This document shows, piece by piece, positions 1 through 11,475 of a DNA stretch of 64,000 bases (positions are counted from its first letter, which is position 1; every line of letters starts with the position of its first letter). The notes under the pieces are model-generated. The model had not been told where the DNA came from. It searched no databases and saw nothing but the letters and a program-made list of their open reading frames with translations. Position numbers and translations under genes: made by a program. This DNA is from Heptranchias perlo. Lineage: Eukaryota. The stretch spans positions 1,612,001-1,676,000 of the forward strand of contig NW_027138407.1 in the NCBI RefSeq assembly GCF_035084215.1, read 5' to 3'.

Positions 1-289
1 TCCTGAGACTCCAACCCACCATTGGAGCTTCCCATGCAGTTGGCAGAGGGAACATCTCATATGAGACTCAATTATTTACAGATGTTACACCAGAAGACCC
101 TAAATTTAGAGCATTAGGGTGGATGGGGGGTGCAGAAGGAAGACTGAAGTCTTGTGGGGAGTGGGATGGTTGGGATGTGGCGTGGGGACTTGATTTTTGC
201 TAAGTTTCCTCCCGTTTTCCTAAATTGTGAAATTTTGACTGGGTGGAGCGGGTACTTGTGTTCACTCCCTTGCATCATGCTGTGGCAGC

Positions 290-730
290 AGGATTAGTTT
301 GGGGATTGATACAGGGCTATGGGGAGATAGAGGGACAGTGGGATTAGTTTGGGATTGAGACAGGGCTATGGGGAGAGAGCGGGGCAGTGGGATTAGTTTG
401 GGATTGATACAGGACTATGGGGAGAGAGTGGGGCAGTGGGATTAGTTTGGGATTGATACAGGGCTATGGGGAGAGAGTGAGGTAGTGGGATTAGTTTGGG
501 ATTGATACAGGGCTATGGGGAGAGAGCGGGGCAGTGGGATTAGTTTGGGATTGATACAGGGCTATGGGGAGAGAGCGGGGCAGTGGGATTAGTTTGGGAT
601 TGATACAGGGCTATGGGGAGAGAGCAGGGCAGTGGGATTAGTTTGGGGATTGGTACAGGGCTATGGGGAGAGAGTGGGGCAGTGGGATTAGTTTGGGGAT
701 TGATCCAGTCTATGGGGAGAGAATGGGGCA
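290..730 (+). repeat. 49-50 bp minisatellite (~9 units)
   Basis: Tandem gggattagtttgggattgatacagggctatggggagagagcggggcagt. Confidence 0.95.
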
Positions 731-1116
731 GGTTCACACTAGCGACACCACAGCAACCAGCAGTTCGGAGGTTTATGCTTTGGTTTGTGTCAGTTAACTT
801 CTACATGCTGCAGATTCTCTTTCTTTACACTCAGCTATGTTCAGAATTAACAATTAATGAATTAATTGCTTCTTCAAGGAGAAACTCAAAAAAATACCTG
901 TCACTGTACCCCCACTTATTCGTGACAAGTTAGAATTGGCCAATTTCTTTCTTAATGGCCGCAGGAGAAATCCAATCCCCATTGTTACAATACTCATCAT
1001 TTCTGGGATCCAATCACCAACTTGTCCTTTTGGGTTTTGGGTGGGGGAATGGAATGGGGAGAACTATGGAAAGATAGATCAGCATATTATTGATGGGCAT
1101 GACAGGTGGAAAGGGT

Positions 1117-1485
1117 ACATAAGAACATCAGGACATAAGAAATGATAGCAGGAGTAGGCCATACGGCCCCTCGGGCCTGCTCCACCAGTCAATCAGATCA
1201 TGGCTGATCTTCCACCTCAACTCCACTTTCCCACCCGGTCCCCATATCCCTTGATTCCCCTCGAGTCTAAAAATCCTAATTGCTTGCTGTACCAGCATGC
1301 TAACCTTTTCTGTCTCTTATGCGCGGTCACCCAAATCTCTCTGAACACCAACAATTAATCATTTCTCACCATTTAAAAATATTCTGTTTTTCTGTTCTTC
1401 CTACCAAAGTAAATAACCTCACATTTCCCCACATTATACTCCATCTGCCACCTTCTTGCCCTCTGACTTAACATGTCTAGTGGGA
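1117..1485 (-). mobile_element. Degenerate CR1-type LINE 3' fragment, internally deleted (also in copies 2 and 3)
   Basis: cataagaacat...aggagtaggcca...ggcccctcg matches the 3' end of the minus-strand CR1 copy at 50284. Confidence 0.7.
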
Positions 1486-1491
1486 GAGTAA

Positions 1492-2162
1492 TGGGGGTCA
1501 CCATTGACCAGAAACTTAACTGGACCAGCCACATAAATATCGTGGCTACAAGAGCAGGTCAGAGGCTGGGTATTCTGCAGCGAGTGACTCACCTCTTGAA
1601 TCCCCAAAGCCTTTCCACCATCTACAAGGCACAAGTCAGGAGTGTGATGGAATACTCTTCACTTGCCTGGATGAGTGCAGCTCCAACAACACTCAAGAAG
1701 CTCAACACCATCCAGGACAAAGCAGCCCGCTTGATTGGCACCCCATCCACCACCTTAAACATTCACTCCCTTCACCATCGGCGCACCGTGGCTGCAGTGT
1801 GTACCATCCATAGGATGCACTGCAGCAACTCGCCAAGGCTTCTTCGACAGCACCTCTCAAACCTGCAACCTCTACCACCTAGAAGGACAAGGGCAGCAGG
1901 AACATGGGAACAACACCACCTGCACGTTCCCCTCCAAGTCACACACCATCCCGACTTGGAAATATATCGGCCGTTCCTTCATCGTCGCTGGGTCAAAATC
2001 CTGGAACTCCCTTCCGAACAGCACTGTGGGAGAACCTTCACCACATGGACTGCAGCGGTTCAAGAAGGCGGCTCACCACCACCTTCTCAAGGGCAATGAG
2101 GGATGAGCAATAAATGCCGGCCTCGCCAGCGACACCCACATCCCATGAACTAATAAAAAAAA
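1492..2162 (+). mobile_element. 5'-truncated LINE (family A, CR1/L2 group): RT C-terminus, 3' hairpin tail and A-tail
   Basis: ORF 1473-2099 GVTIDQKLNWTSHIN...YKAQVRSVMEYS matches the 3' part of the 8042 element; ends in aataaaaaa. Confidence 0.93.
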
Positions 2163-3219
2163 CAAGGCTCGAGTGAACAGACGTGGTAAAAACTGGAAGA
2201 ACTGAAATGTAGGACTTCAAAGAACGTACAAGTGCCTCACGGCAGCAGTCCAACATTGTCGAGTTTGATGACTATATAATATGCCACTTGCTTCATTTCT
2301 GGCTTAGCCTTTACAAATTCAATGTTAATTCTGATGACCAAAACGACAATTAATGTAAAATCAAAAGAAATGGTGGAGGGTCAGAATAAATGTAACTTAC
2401 GATGATTGTAACATATCATATACAGGGTAAGGGACAACTGCGGTGTATTGTGAGATTGGGTGATGGGGAAACATTGAGATGAGGTCAAAAACCAGCTGAG
2501 TTTTTCAACCGGGACCACCCGGGTTTTCTACCTTGGAATGTACTCACAGTGCGTCGTCCGGTATAATACATGAAACAGAGCTTGTTGGGGCCACGTGGCT
2601 CTGTCGACATGAATAGACTACTAGTGGTCACTGGGATACATGTTACTGTTGGGTGTGTGGGCTATTATTGCTTTGATATATCACCAGCCAACTTATCCTG
2701 GTGTTGCACATAGGGAGCCAAGACCATGTGTGGTCTGCAGGTGGAGTGGGATTGGGGGGAATGGGATGGAGAGGGGTTGGAGAATTGGAACAGGGGCATG
2801 CAGAAATAATTGAGTGGCCATATTAACGACATTCAAACCTTTGGTTTCATATTATTATTTATTTCCAAATCGCAAATGTTGGACTATTTTGGGAAGCAGA
2901 GAGGTTGAGTTGTTTGGAACAGAGGAAATTCTCTGCAGTGCATGCGGAGTTGCCAAGAGATGCAAAATTGAGGCGCTGCAGCGCCACCACTGGTGAGAGG
3001 GTGTAATTACAGCGTGACACGTTTACATAGGCACTCACAATAATATATGTAGAGATAGGAATTTATAATGGGAGAAGTTGACACAAAGTGCGCAAGGATG
3101 TCAGATTTTTAAGATATTATAGATAGACATTTTGTGGATTTGCTGCTTTTTATTGGGGAAACCTCGCTGAGGGTCAAAGGGGAAACATGCAATACACCAC
3201 TGGAGTAATGTGACCACTT

Positions 3220-3775
3220 CTCACAACTGGAGTATTGTGTCCAATTCTGGGCACCGCACTTTAGGAAAGATGAGAAGGCCTTAGAGAGGGTGCAGGAAAG
3301 TTTTACTAGAATGATTCCAGGGATGAGGGTCTTTAGTTACGTGGATAGACTGGTGAAGCTGGGATTGTCCTCCTTGGAATAGAGAAGGTTGAGAGGAGAT
3401 TTGATCGAGTTATTTAAAATCATGAAGGGTCTAGACAGAATAGATAGAGAGAAACTGTTCCCATTGGCGGAAGGGTCCAGAACCAGAGGACATGGATTTA
3501 AGGTGATTGGCAAAAAACCAAAGGCGTCATGAGGAAAAACTTTTTTACGCAGCGAGTGGTTAGGATCTGGAATGCGATCCCTGAGGTGGTGATGGAGTCA
3601 GATTCAATCATGGCTTTCAAAAGGGAACTGGATAAGCACTTGAAAGGGGAAAATGCTGGGCTATGGGGATAGTGCGGGGTAGTGGGACTAGCTGGATTGT
3701 CTTTGCATAGAGCCAGCACGGATTCGATGGGCCAAACGGCCTCCTTCCGTGCTGAAACTTTTCTATGATTCTACC
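3220..3775 (+). mobile_element. CR1-type LINE 3' fragment (repeated at ~17561-18115 and ~31613-32167)
   Basis: Encodes a degenerate LEYCVQFWAPHFRKD...LERVQ CR1 ORF2 C-terminus; tail gatgggccaaacggcctccttcc...ctatgattcta. Confidence 0.85.
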
Positions 3776-4489
3776 AATTAGGTTGAAAAAGGATGAGGAC
3801 CAGGTAACTCAACAATAGCTAGTTAAATGCTATCAAGTTGACTTTTAAAACACCAAAACTAAGACAGACTGACAATAGACAACAGATGAAAAAGTGCCAA
3901 GAAAGCAAGAGGCATAAAAATGAACTTTGGAGCCTAGAATTGAGAGAATTACATATTAAACAATCTTTCTCGTGTATCCCGTGCCTGGCTGTGAGGGAGG
4001 AGCTGGGAGACCGTCCCCAGATATGGGTGAAGTATTCGGCTCTTGAAGGGGTGCGGACTTTAGAGAGAGTTAACAATTGCAATGCTCCCTCGAGTCTGGC
4101 AACATGTTAGGAGACATCATAGCGTGGCCCTTCCGAATACTGGGCTAGAGTGGTTAGTGGATCAAATAACTTATTGTCAAAGACAGAATGACTCGAGACT
4201 GTTATCAGGGTTTCACCTCAAGGAAATATTGTTCAGATTGAAATGGGACATCTCGTTACCTTCTCTGTATTTTTCACTGTTCCTTTGAAGATCCAGCGAC
4301 AAGAAGTTCAAAGTTTAGCATTGTGAGTGAATAAAGGTTGTGTCATTTCACCAAACCAATGGCGTCTTTCTTTTTCACATCAAGACTCATTCCAGATAAC
4401 AATAGAGTACTGGGTGGTGGAGTGAGTTTTACTCTGGTCTTTCTCCTCTCAGTCCTGTATAAGGATGAATGGATACCGAGATAGCTACA

Positions 4490-4925
4490 ACGGTAGAGAG
4501 AGAGAGAGAGGGATCGACAGGTAAAATAAATAGAGAAACTCAGATGCGGAGATGTAAAGCTGGAGAGATAGATATATATAAATGGATGTATAGATAGGTA
4601 GAGAAATGTATGCGTCAGTATTGATAGAAAGATAAATAGATAATAAGATATGTAGGTAAATGGAAAGATAGATAGAGATAGACAGATAGGTGTACAAAAA
4701 TAGATAGAGAGATCGGGAGTTACATCGCTTTGAGATAGATAGATAGATAGATAGATGGTTGGATGGATAGATAGATGGATGAATAGGCAGATAGATAGAT
4801 CAATCGATAGATATATAGATAGATTGATAGAGATAAGGACATAAATAGGCAGACAGAAAAAGCTATGTATAAATAGTTGGACAGAGGTTGATACAATAAA
4901 CATATAGATAGATAGATAGTTAGAC
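4490..4925 (+). repeat. Degenerate (GATA)n microsatellite
   Basis: gatagataga tracts; repeated at ~18830-19262 and ~32885-33325. Confidence 0.9.
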
Positions 4926-5248
4926 AGGCAAATCTAATGTTCAATCCCAAAAGGCAATAACAAGAAAGGAGACAGAAGGACAATGAGTGACTTTGGATAG
5001 AAACCTATCTCTGTTTGCAGTTCGTGCTGAGAATGTGGAAAAGGCTCAGTGTCACATTCAGGGTATGGAAATCTCAGTGTGTACTGACACCTGATCTACT
5101 GCAGGGTGGGACTGGGGACCAGGGTCTGTAATAGTATAATGGCGGTGGGGGGGGGGGGGGGACAGGGGATGGAAATCTCAGTGATTACTGATCGATGGAA
5201 AGTTGTCAGGCTGTGATGACGTAGTGGGACGCACTGCCCACCCAATCC

Positions 5249-6552
5249 CCCATCAGAGAGGGGAGAACTTAACCCCGCCTTCTGGGGCTGGATCTGACCC
5301 CAGGTCCCAGAACAGGAGAGGCCAGTGTCTGACCCGCATCCGCACCCAGACCCCCATCAGAGAGGGGAGACCTTCACCCCTCTGCCTGGAGCTGGATTTG
5401 ACCCCAGGTCCCAGAGGGTGAAAGGCCAGTGTCTGACCCACATCTCCACCCAGACCCCATCAGAGAGGGGAGACCTTCACCCCTCTGTCTGGGGCTGGAT
5501 TTGACCCCAGGTCCCAGAGGGTGAAAGGCCAGTGTCTGACCCACATCTCCACCCAGTCCTCCATCAGAGAGGGGAGACCTTCACCCCTCTGTCTGGGGCT
5601 GGATTTGACCCCAGGTCCCAGAGGGAGAAAGGCCAGTATCTGACCCACATCTCCACCCAGTCCTCCATCAGAGAGGGGAGACCTTCACCCCTCTGTCTGG
5701 GGCTGGATTTGACCCCAGGTCCCAGAGGGAGAAAGGCCAGTGTCTGACCCACATCTCCACCCAGTCCTCCATCAGAGAGGGGAGACCTTCACCCCTCTGT
5801 CTGGGGCTGGATTTGACCCCAGGTCCCAGAGGGTGAAAGGCCAGTGTCTGACCCACATCTCCACCCAGTCCTCCATCAGAGAGGGGAGACCTTCACCCCT
5901 CTGTCTGGGGCTGGATTTGACCCCAGGTCCCAGAGGGAGAAAGGCCAGTGTCTGACCCACATCTCCACCCAGTCCTCCATCAGAGAGGGGAGACCTTCAC
6001 CCCTCTGTCTGGGGCTGGATTTGACCCCAGGTCCCAGAGGGAGAAAGGCCAGTGTCTGACCCACATCTCCACCCAGTCCTCCATCAGAGAGGGGAGACCT
6101 TCACCCCTCTGTCTGGGGCTGGATTTGACCCCAGGTCCCAGAGGGAGAAAGGCCAGTGTCTGACCCACATCTCCACCCAGTCCTCCATCAGAGAGGGGAG
6201 ACCTTCACCCCTCTGTCTGGGGCTGGATTTGACCCCAGGTCCCAGAGGGAGAAAGGCCAGTGTCTGACCCACATCTCCACCCAGTCCTCCATCAGAGAGG
6301 GGAGACCTTCACCCCTCTGTCTGGGGCTGGATTTGACCCCAGGTCCCAGAGGGAGAAAGGCCAGTGTCTGACCCACATCTCCACCCAGTCCTCCATCAGA
6401 GAGGGGAGACCTTCACCCCTCTGTCTGGGGCTGGATTTGACCCCAGGTCCCAGAGGGAGAAAGGCCAGTGTCTGACCCACATCTCCACCCAGTCCTCCAT
6501 CAGAGAGGGGAGACCTTCACCCCTCTGTCTGGGGCTGGATTTGACCCCAGGT
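5249..6552 (-). repeat. 104-bp tandem repeat (~12.5 units), resembling a tRNA-derived SINE head on the minus strand
   Basis: 104-bp period seen in the ORF track (5564, 5668, 5772...); minus strand reads cactggcctttctccctctgggacctggggtcaaatccagcccc with a B-box-like GGGTCAAATCC. Confidence 0.9.
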
Positions 6553-6649
6553 CTCCAGAGGTGAATGGACAATATACCACCCATCCCAACAATGCTGGAA
6601 TTACATTGAGATTCCCATCAGGAGTCCCATCGAATCGGGGTGGAGGGAG

Positions 6650-6939
6650 GAGCCTGAGCAGCCCATGTCACGGAGGAGCAGAGCAATTACACCAACTGCA
6701 GCTCAGCATCTATGAAAGGTCGTTGATCCGAGCAGCTGCTTCTACCAGTTGGAAGGTGGGTGAAGGACTCCCTGAAACTTCTCCCTTCTCGCTTCTTCTT
6801 CTACTCGAGCCGACTCTCCACAATTAAACCGGGCTCTTCCCGAGAGTCCACACCGACAGTCCCAGACTCCGGCACGGTCTACGGGAAAAGATCCAATCGC
6901 TTGATTCCAAAACACCGAGACTGAGAGGGAGAGAGACAG
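6650..6939 (+). other. Putative non-coding 5' UTR exon of the GPCR gene (start approximate)
   Basis: Perfect donor CAG|GTGAGT at 6939/6940 (20857/8 and 34919/20 in the other copies) after non-repetitive sequence; matching acceptor tccatttacag| at 11215 upstream of the GPCR ATG. Confidence 0.5.
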
Positions 6940-7158
6940 GTGAGTGGATCTTTGAGAAGTTGAAGAGGCAGGGCCGGTTTGGATGGAGGTAATGTCACTG
7001 TTAGTGATAGAGAACGGGGATGGGTGAGTAGAGAGTGGGGAGAGAGGAATAGAGAGTGGGGAGAGGTGCGTAGAGAGTGGGGATGGGTGCAGAGAGTGGG
7101 GTTAGATGAGTAGAGATTGAGGATGGTGAGCTGCTTTGGAACTGAGGGCCGTTGAGGG

Positions 7159-8036
7159 GGGACTGAGAGACATCAGTCAGTGTCCAGATATCTTCCTGAG
7201 AGACAGGGACTGAGAGACAACAGTCAGTGTACAGGTATCTCCCTGAGGGAGAGGGACTGAGATGCACCAGTCAGTGTACAGATATCACCCTGAGAGAGAG
7301 GGACTGAGATACACCAGTCAGTGTACAGGTATCTCCCTGAGGGAGAGGGACTGAGAGACACCAGTCAGTGTACAGATATCTCCCTGAGAGAGAGGGACTG
7401 AGGGACACCAGTCATTGTACAGATATCTCACTGAGAGAGAGGGACTGAGAGACACCAGTCAGGGTACAGATATCACCCTGAGGGAGAGGGACTGAGAGAC
7501 ACCAGTCAGTGTACAGATATCTCCCTGAGGGAGAGGGACTGAGAGACACCAGTCAGTGTACAGATATCAACCTGAGAGAGAGGGACTGAGAGACACCAGT
7601 CAGTGTACAGATATCAACCTGAGAGAGAGGGACTGAGAGACACCAGTCAGTGTACAGATATCACCCTGAGAGAGAGGGACTGAGAGACACCAGTCAGTGT
7701 ACAGATATCTCCCTGAGAGAGAGAGACTGAGAGACACCAGTCAGTGTACAGATATCACCCTGAGGGAGAGGGAAATGAGAAACACCAGTCATTGTACAGA
7801 TATCACCCTGAGAGAGAGGGACTGAGAGTCACCAGTCAGTGTACAGATATCACCCTGAGGGAGAGGGACTGAGAGTCACCAGTCAGTGTACAGATATCAC
7901 CCTGAGAGAGAGGGACTGAGAGACACCAGTCAGTGTACAGATATCACCCTGAGAGAGAGGGACTGAGAGTCACCAGTCAGTGTACAGATATCACCCTGAG
8001 AGAGACGGACTGTGAGATACCAGTCATTGAACAGAT
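7159..8036 (+). repeat. 47-bp minisatellite (~18-19 units)
   Basis: Tandem gggactgagagacaccagtcagtgtacagatatcaccctgagagaga. Confidence 0.95.
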
Positions 8037-8041
8037 AGTTC

Positions 8042-11000
8042 TTTAGGGAAGGAAACCTGCCGTCCTTACCCGGTCTGGCCTTTTTGTGACTCCAGACCCA
8101 CAGCAATGTGGTTGATTCTTATTTGCCCTCTGAAATGGCCTAGCAAGCCAATCAGTTGTAAAATCTCGCTACGAAAAGTCATAATAAGAATAAAACCGGG
8201 CGGACCACCCGGCATCGGACCACTAGGCACAAGACATGACAACGGCAAACCACGCCCAGTCGACCCTGCAAGGTCCTCCTTACTAACATCTGGGGACTTG
8301 TGCCAAAATTGGGAGAGCTGTCCCACAGACTAGTCAAGCAACAGCCTGACATAGCCATACTCACAGAATCATATCTTTCAGCCAACATCCCAGACTCTTT
8401 CATTACCATCCCTGGGTATGTCCTGTCCCACTGGCAGGACAGACCCACCAGAGGTGGCGGTACAGTGATATACAGTCAGGAGGGAGTGGCCCTGGGAGTC
8501 CTCAACATTGGCTCTGGACCCCATGAAATCTCATGGCATCAGGTAAAACATGGGCAAGGAAACCTCCTGCTGATTACCACCGACCGTCCTCCCTCAGCTG
8601 ATGAATCAGTCCTCCTCCATGTTGAGCACCACTTGGAGGAAGAACTGAGGGTAGCAAGGGCACAAAATGTACTCTGGGTGGGGGACTTCAATGTCCATCA
8701 CCAAGAGTGGCTCGGTAGCACCACTACTGACCGAGCTGGCCGAGTCCTGAAGGACATAGCTGCTAGACTGGGCCTGCGGCAGGTGGTGAGCGAACCAACA
8801 CGAGGGAAAAACTTACTTGATCTCGTCCTCACCAATCTACCTGTCGCAAATGCATCTGTCCATGACAGTATTGGTAGGAGTGACCACCACACAGTCCTCA
8901 TGGAGATGAAGTCCGTCTTCGCACTGAGGACACCATCCAACGTGTTGTGTGGCACTACCACCATGCTAAATGGGATAGATTCAGAACAGATCTAGCAGCT
9001 CAAAATTGGGCATCCATGAGGCGCTGTGTGCCATCAGCAGCAGCAGAATTGTATTCCACCACAATCTGTAACCTCATGGCCCGGCATATTCCTCACTCTA
9101 CCATGACCAACAAGCCAGGAGATCAACCCTGGTTCAATGAGGAGTGTAGAAGAGCATGCCAGGAGCAGCACCAGGTGTACTTAAAAATGAGGTACCAACC
9201 TGGTGAAGCTACAACTCAGGACTACATGCATGCTAAACAGCAGAAGCAACATGCTATAGACAGAGCTAAGCGATTCCACAACCAACGGATCAGATCAAAG
9301 CTCTGCAGCCATGCCACATCCAGTCGTGAATGGTGGTGGACAATTAAACAACTAACAGGAGGAGGAGGCTCTGCAAACATCCCCATCCTCAATGATGGTG
9401 GAGTCCAGCACGTGAGTGCAAAAGACAAGGCTGAAGCGTTTGCAACGATCTTCAGCCAGAAATGCCGAGTGGATGATCCATCTCGGCCTCCTCCCGATAT
9501 CCCCACCGTCACGGAAGCCAGTCTTCGGCCAATTCGATTCCCTCTACGTGATATCAACAAACGGCTGAGTGCACTGGATACTGCAAAGGCGATGGGCCCC
9601 GACAACATCCCAGCTGTAGTGCTGAAGACTTGTGCTCCAGAACTAGCTGCGCCTCTAGCCAAGCTGTTCCAGTACAGCTACAACACTGGCATCTACCCGA
9701 CAATGTGGAAAATTGCCCAGGTATGTCCTGTCCACAAAAAGCAGGACAAATCCAATCCGGCCAATTACCGCCCCATCAGTCTACTCTCAATCATGAGCAA
9801 AGTGATGGAAGGTGTCATCAACAGTGCTATCAAGCGGCACTTACTCACCAATAACCTGCTCACCGATGCTCAGTTTGGGTTCCGCCAGGACCACTCGGCT
9901 CCAGATCTCATTACAGCCTTGGTCCAAACATGGACAAAAGAGCTGAATTCCAGAGGTGAGGTGAGAGTGACTGCCCTTGACATCAAGGCAGCATTTGACC
10001 GAGTGTGGCACCAAGGAGCCCTTGTAAAATTGAAGTCAACGGGAATCAGGGGGAAAACTCTCCAGTGGCTGGAGTCATACCTAGCACAAAGGAAGATGGT
10101 AGTGGTTGTTGGAGGCCAATCATCTCAGCCCCAGGACATTGCTGCAGGAGTTCCTCAAGGCAGTGTCCTAGGCCCAACCATCTTCAGCTGCTTCATCAAT
10201 GACCTTCCCTCCAACATCAGGTCAGAAATGGCGATGTTCGCTGATGATTGCACAGTGTTCAGTTCCATTCGCAACCCCTCAAATAATGAAGCAGTCCGAG
10301 CCCACATGCAGCAAGACCTGGACAACATCCAGGCTTGGGCTCATAAGTGGCAATTAACATTCGCGCCAGATAAGTGCCAGGCAATGACCATCTCCAACAA
10401 GAGAGAGTCTAACCACCTCCCCTTGACATTCAACGGCATTACCATCGCCGAATCCCTCAGCATCAACATCCTGGGGGTTACCATTGACCAGAAACTTAAC
10501 TGGACCAGCCATATAAATACTGTGGCGACAAGGGCAGGTCGGAGGCTGGGTATTCTGTGGCGAGTGACTCACCTCCTGACTCCCCAAAGCCTTTCCACCA
10601 TCTACAAGGCACAAGTCAGGAGTGTGATGGAATACTCTCCACTTGCTTGGATGAGTGCAGCTCCAACAACACTCAAGAAGCTCGATACCATCCAAGATAA
10701 AGCAGCCCGCTTGATTGGCACCCAATCCACCACCCTAAACATTCACTCCCTTCACCACCGGCGCACTGTGACTGCAGTGTGTACCATCCACAGGATGCAC
10801 TGCAGCAACTCGCCAAGGCTTCTTCAACAGCACCTCCCAAACCCGCGACCTCTACCACCTAGAAGGACAAGAGCATCAGGCACATGGGAACAACACCACC
10901 TGCACGTTCCCCTCCAAGTCACAAACCATCCCGACTTGGAAATATATCGGCCGTTCCTTCATTGTCGCTGGGTCAAAATCCTGGAACTCCCTTCCTAACA

Positions 11001-11141
11001 GCACTGTGGGAAAACCTTCACCACACGGACTGCAGCGGCTCAAGAAGGCGGCTCACCACCACCTTCTCAAGGGGCGACTAGGGATGGGCAATAAATGCTG
11101 GCCTCGCCAGCGACGCCCACATCCCGTGAACGAATAAAGAA
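8042..11141 (+). mobile_element. Near full-length LINE family A (APE endonuclease + RT), frameshifted, lacking the tRNA-like head
   Basis: EN motifs NIWGL, LTES, GDFN, SDH (ORF 8300-8995); RT motifs ALDIKAAFDRVWH, GVPQGSVLGP, FADD (ORF 8947-10998); 1-nt deletion near 8912; possible 5-bp TSD agttc at 8037/11142. Confidence 0.95.
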
Positions 11142-11475
11142 AGTTCACTTTCTAATATTTTGGATCACATTGTTTTGAATATTTAATAACTGTATTGATA
11201 TCTGTCCATTTACAGGCTTCAGAGTCCTACGTGATCTCTGCAATTCTGCATCCTGGCACCGCAGCAATCTCTTGGGCCCATTGGTTTCCACAGGTTTCAG
11301 AGAAGAAGCTCACCCTGTCTGAACCCATGAGATAGGATTAACGTGTTGGAGAGCCAACTGAGACCTTCAAAAACCAATAATCTGACAGGGCGGTCTCAAC
11401 TGTTGTTGAACAATATCGGATCTCATTCCCCGACATTGTTCATCCGTTGCTCTGTATTGTTTGGCATAACACCAA

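Noticed and set aside
2521-2575. cacagtg with nearby ggttttct as a V(D)J recombination signal
   Set aside because: Spacing and orientation do not fit the 12/23 rule; no nonamer match or Ig/TCR segment
2975-2998. CTCF-like gcgccaccactggtg
   Set aside because: Only half of the core fits the consensus; not supportable without data
5203-6827. Series of 62-71 aa ORFs on both strands
   Set aside because: Products of the 104-bp tandem repeat, mostly with alternative start codons
7159-8036. Regular 47-, 49- and 104-bp repeats as a CRISPR-like array
   Set aside because: Head-to-tail units with no unique spacers, no cas genes, and a eukaryotic context
8947-10998. 683-aa RT ORF as a domesticated or active gene
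   Set aside because: Frameshifted from the EN domain, has a premature stop in copy 2, and is near-identical to dispersed copies
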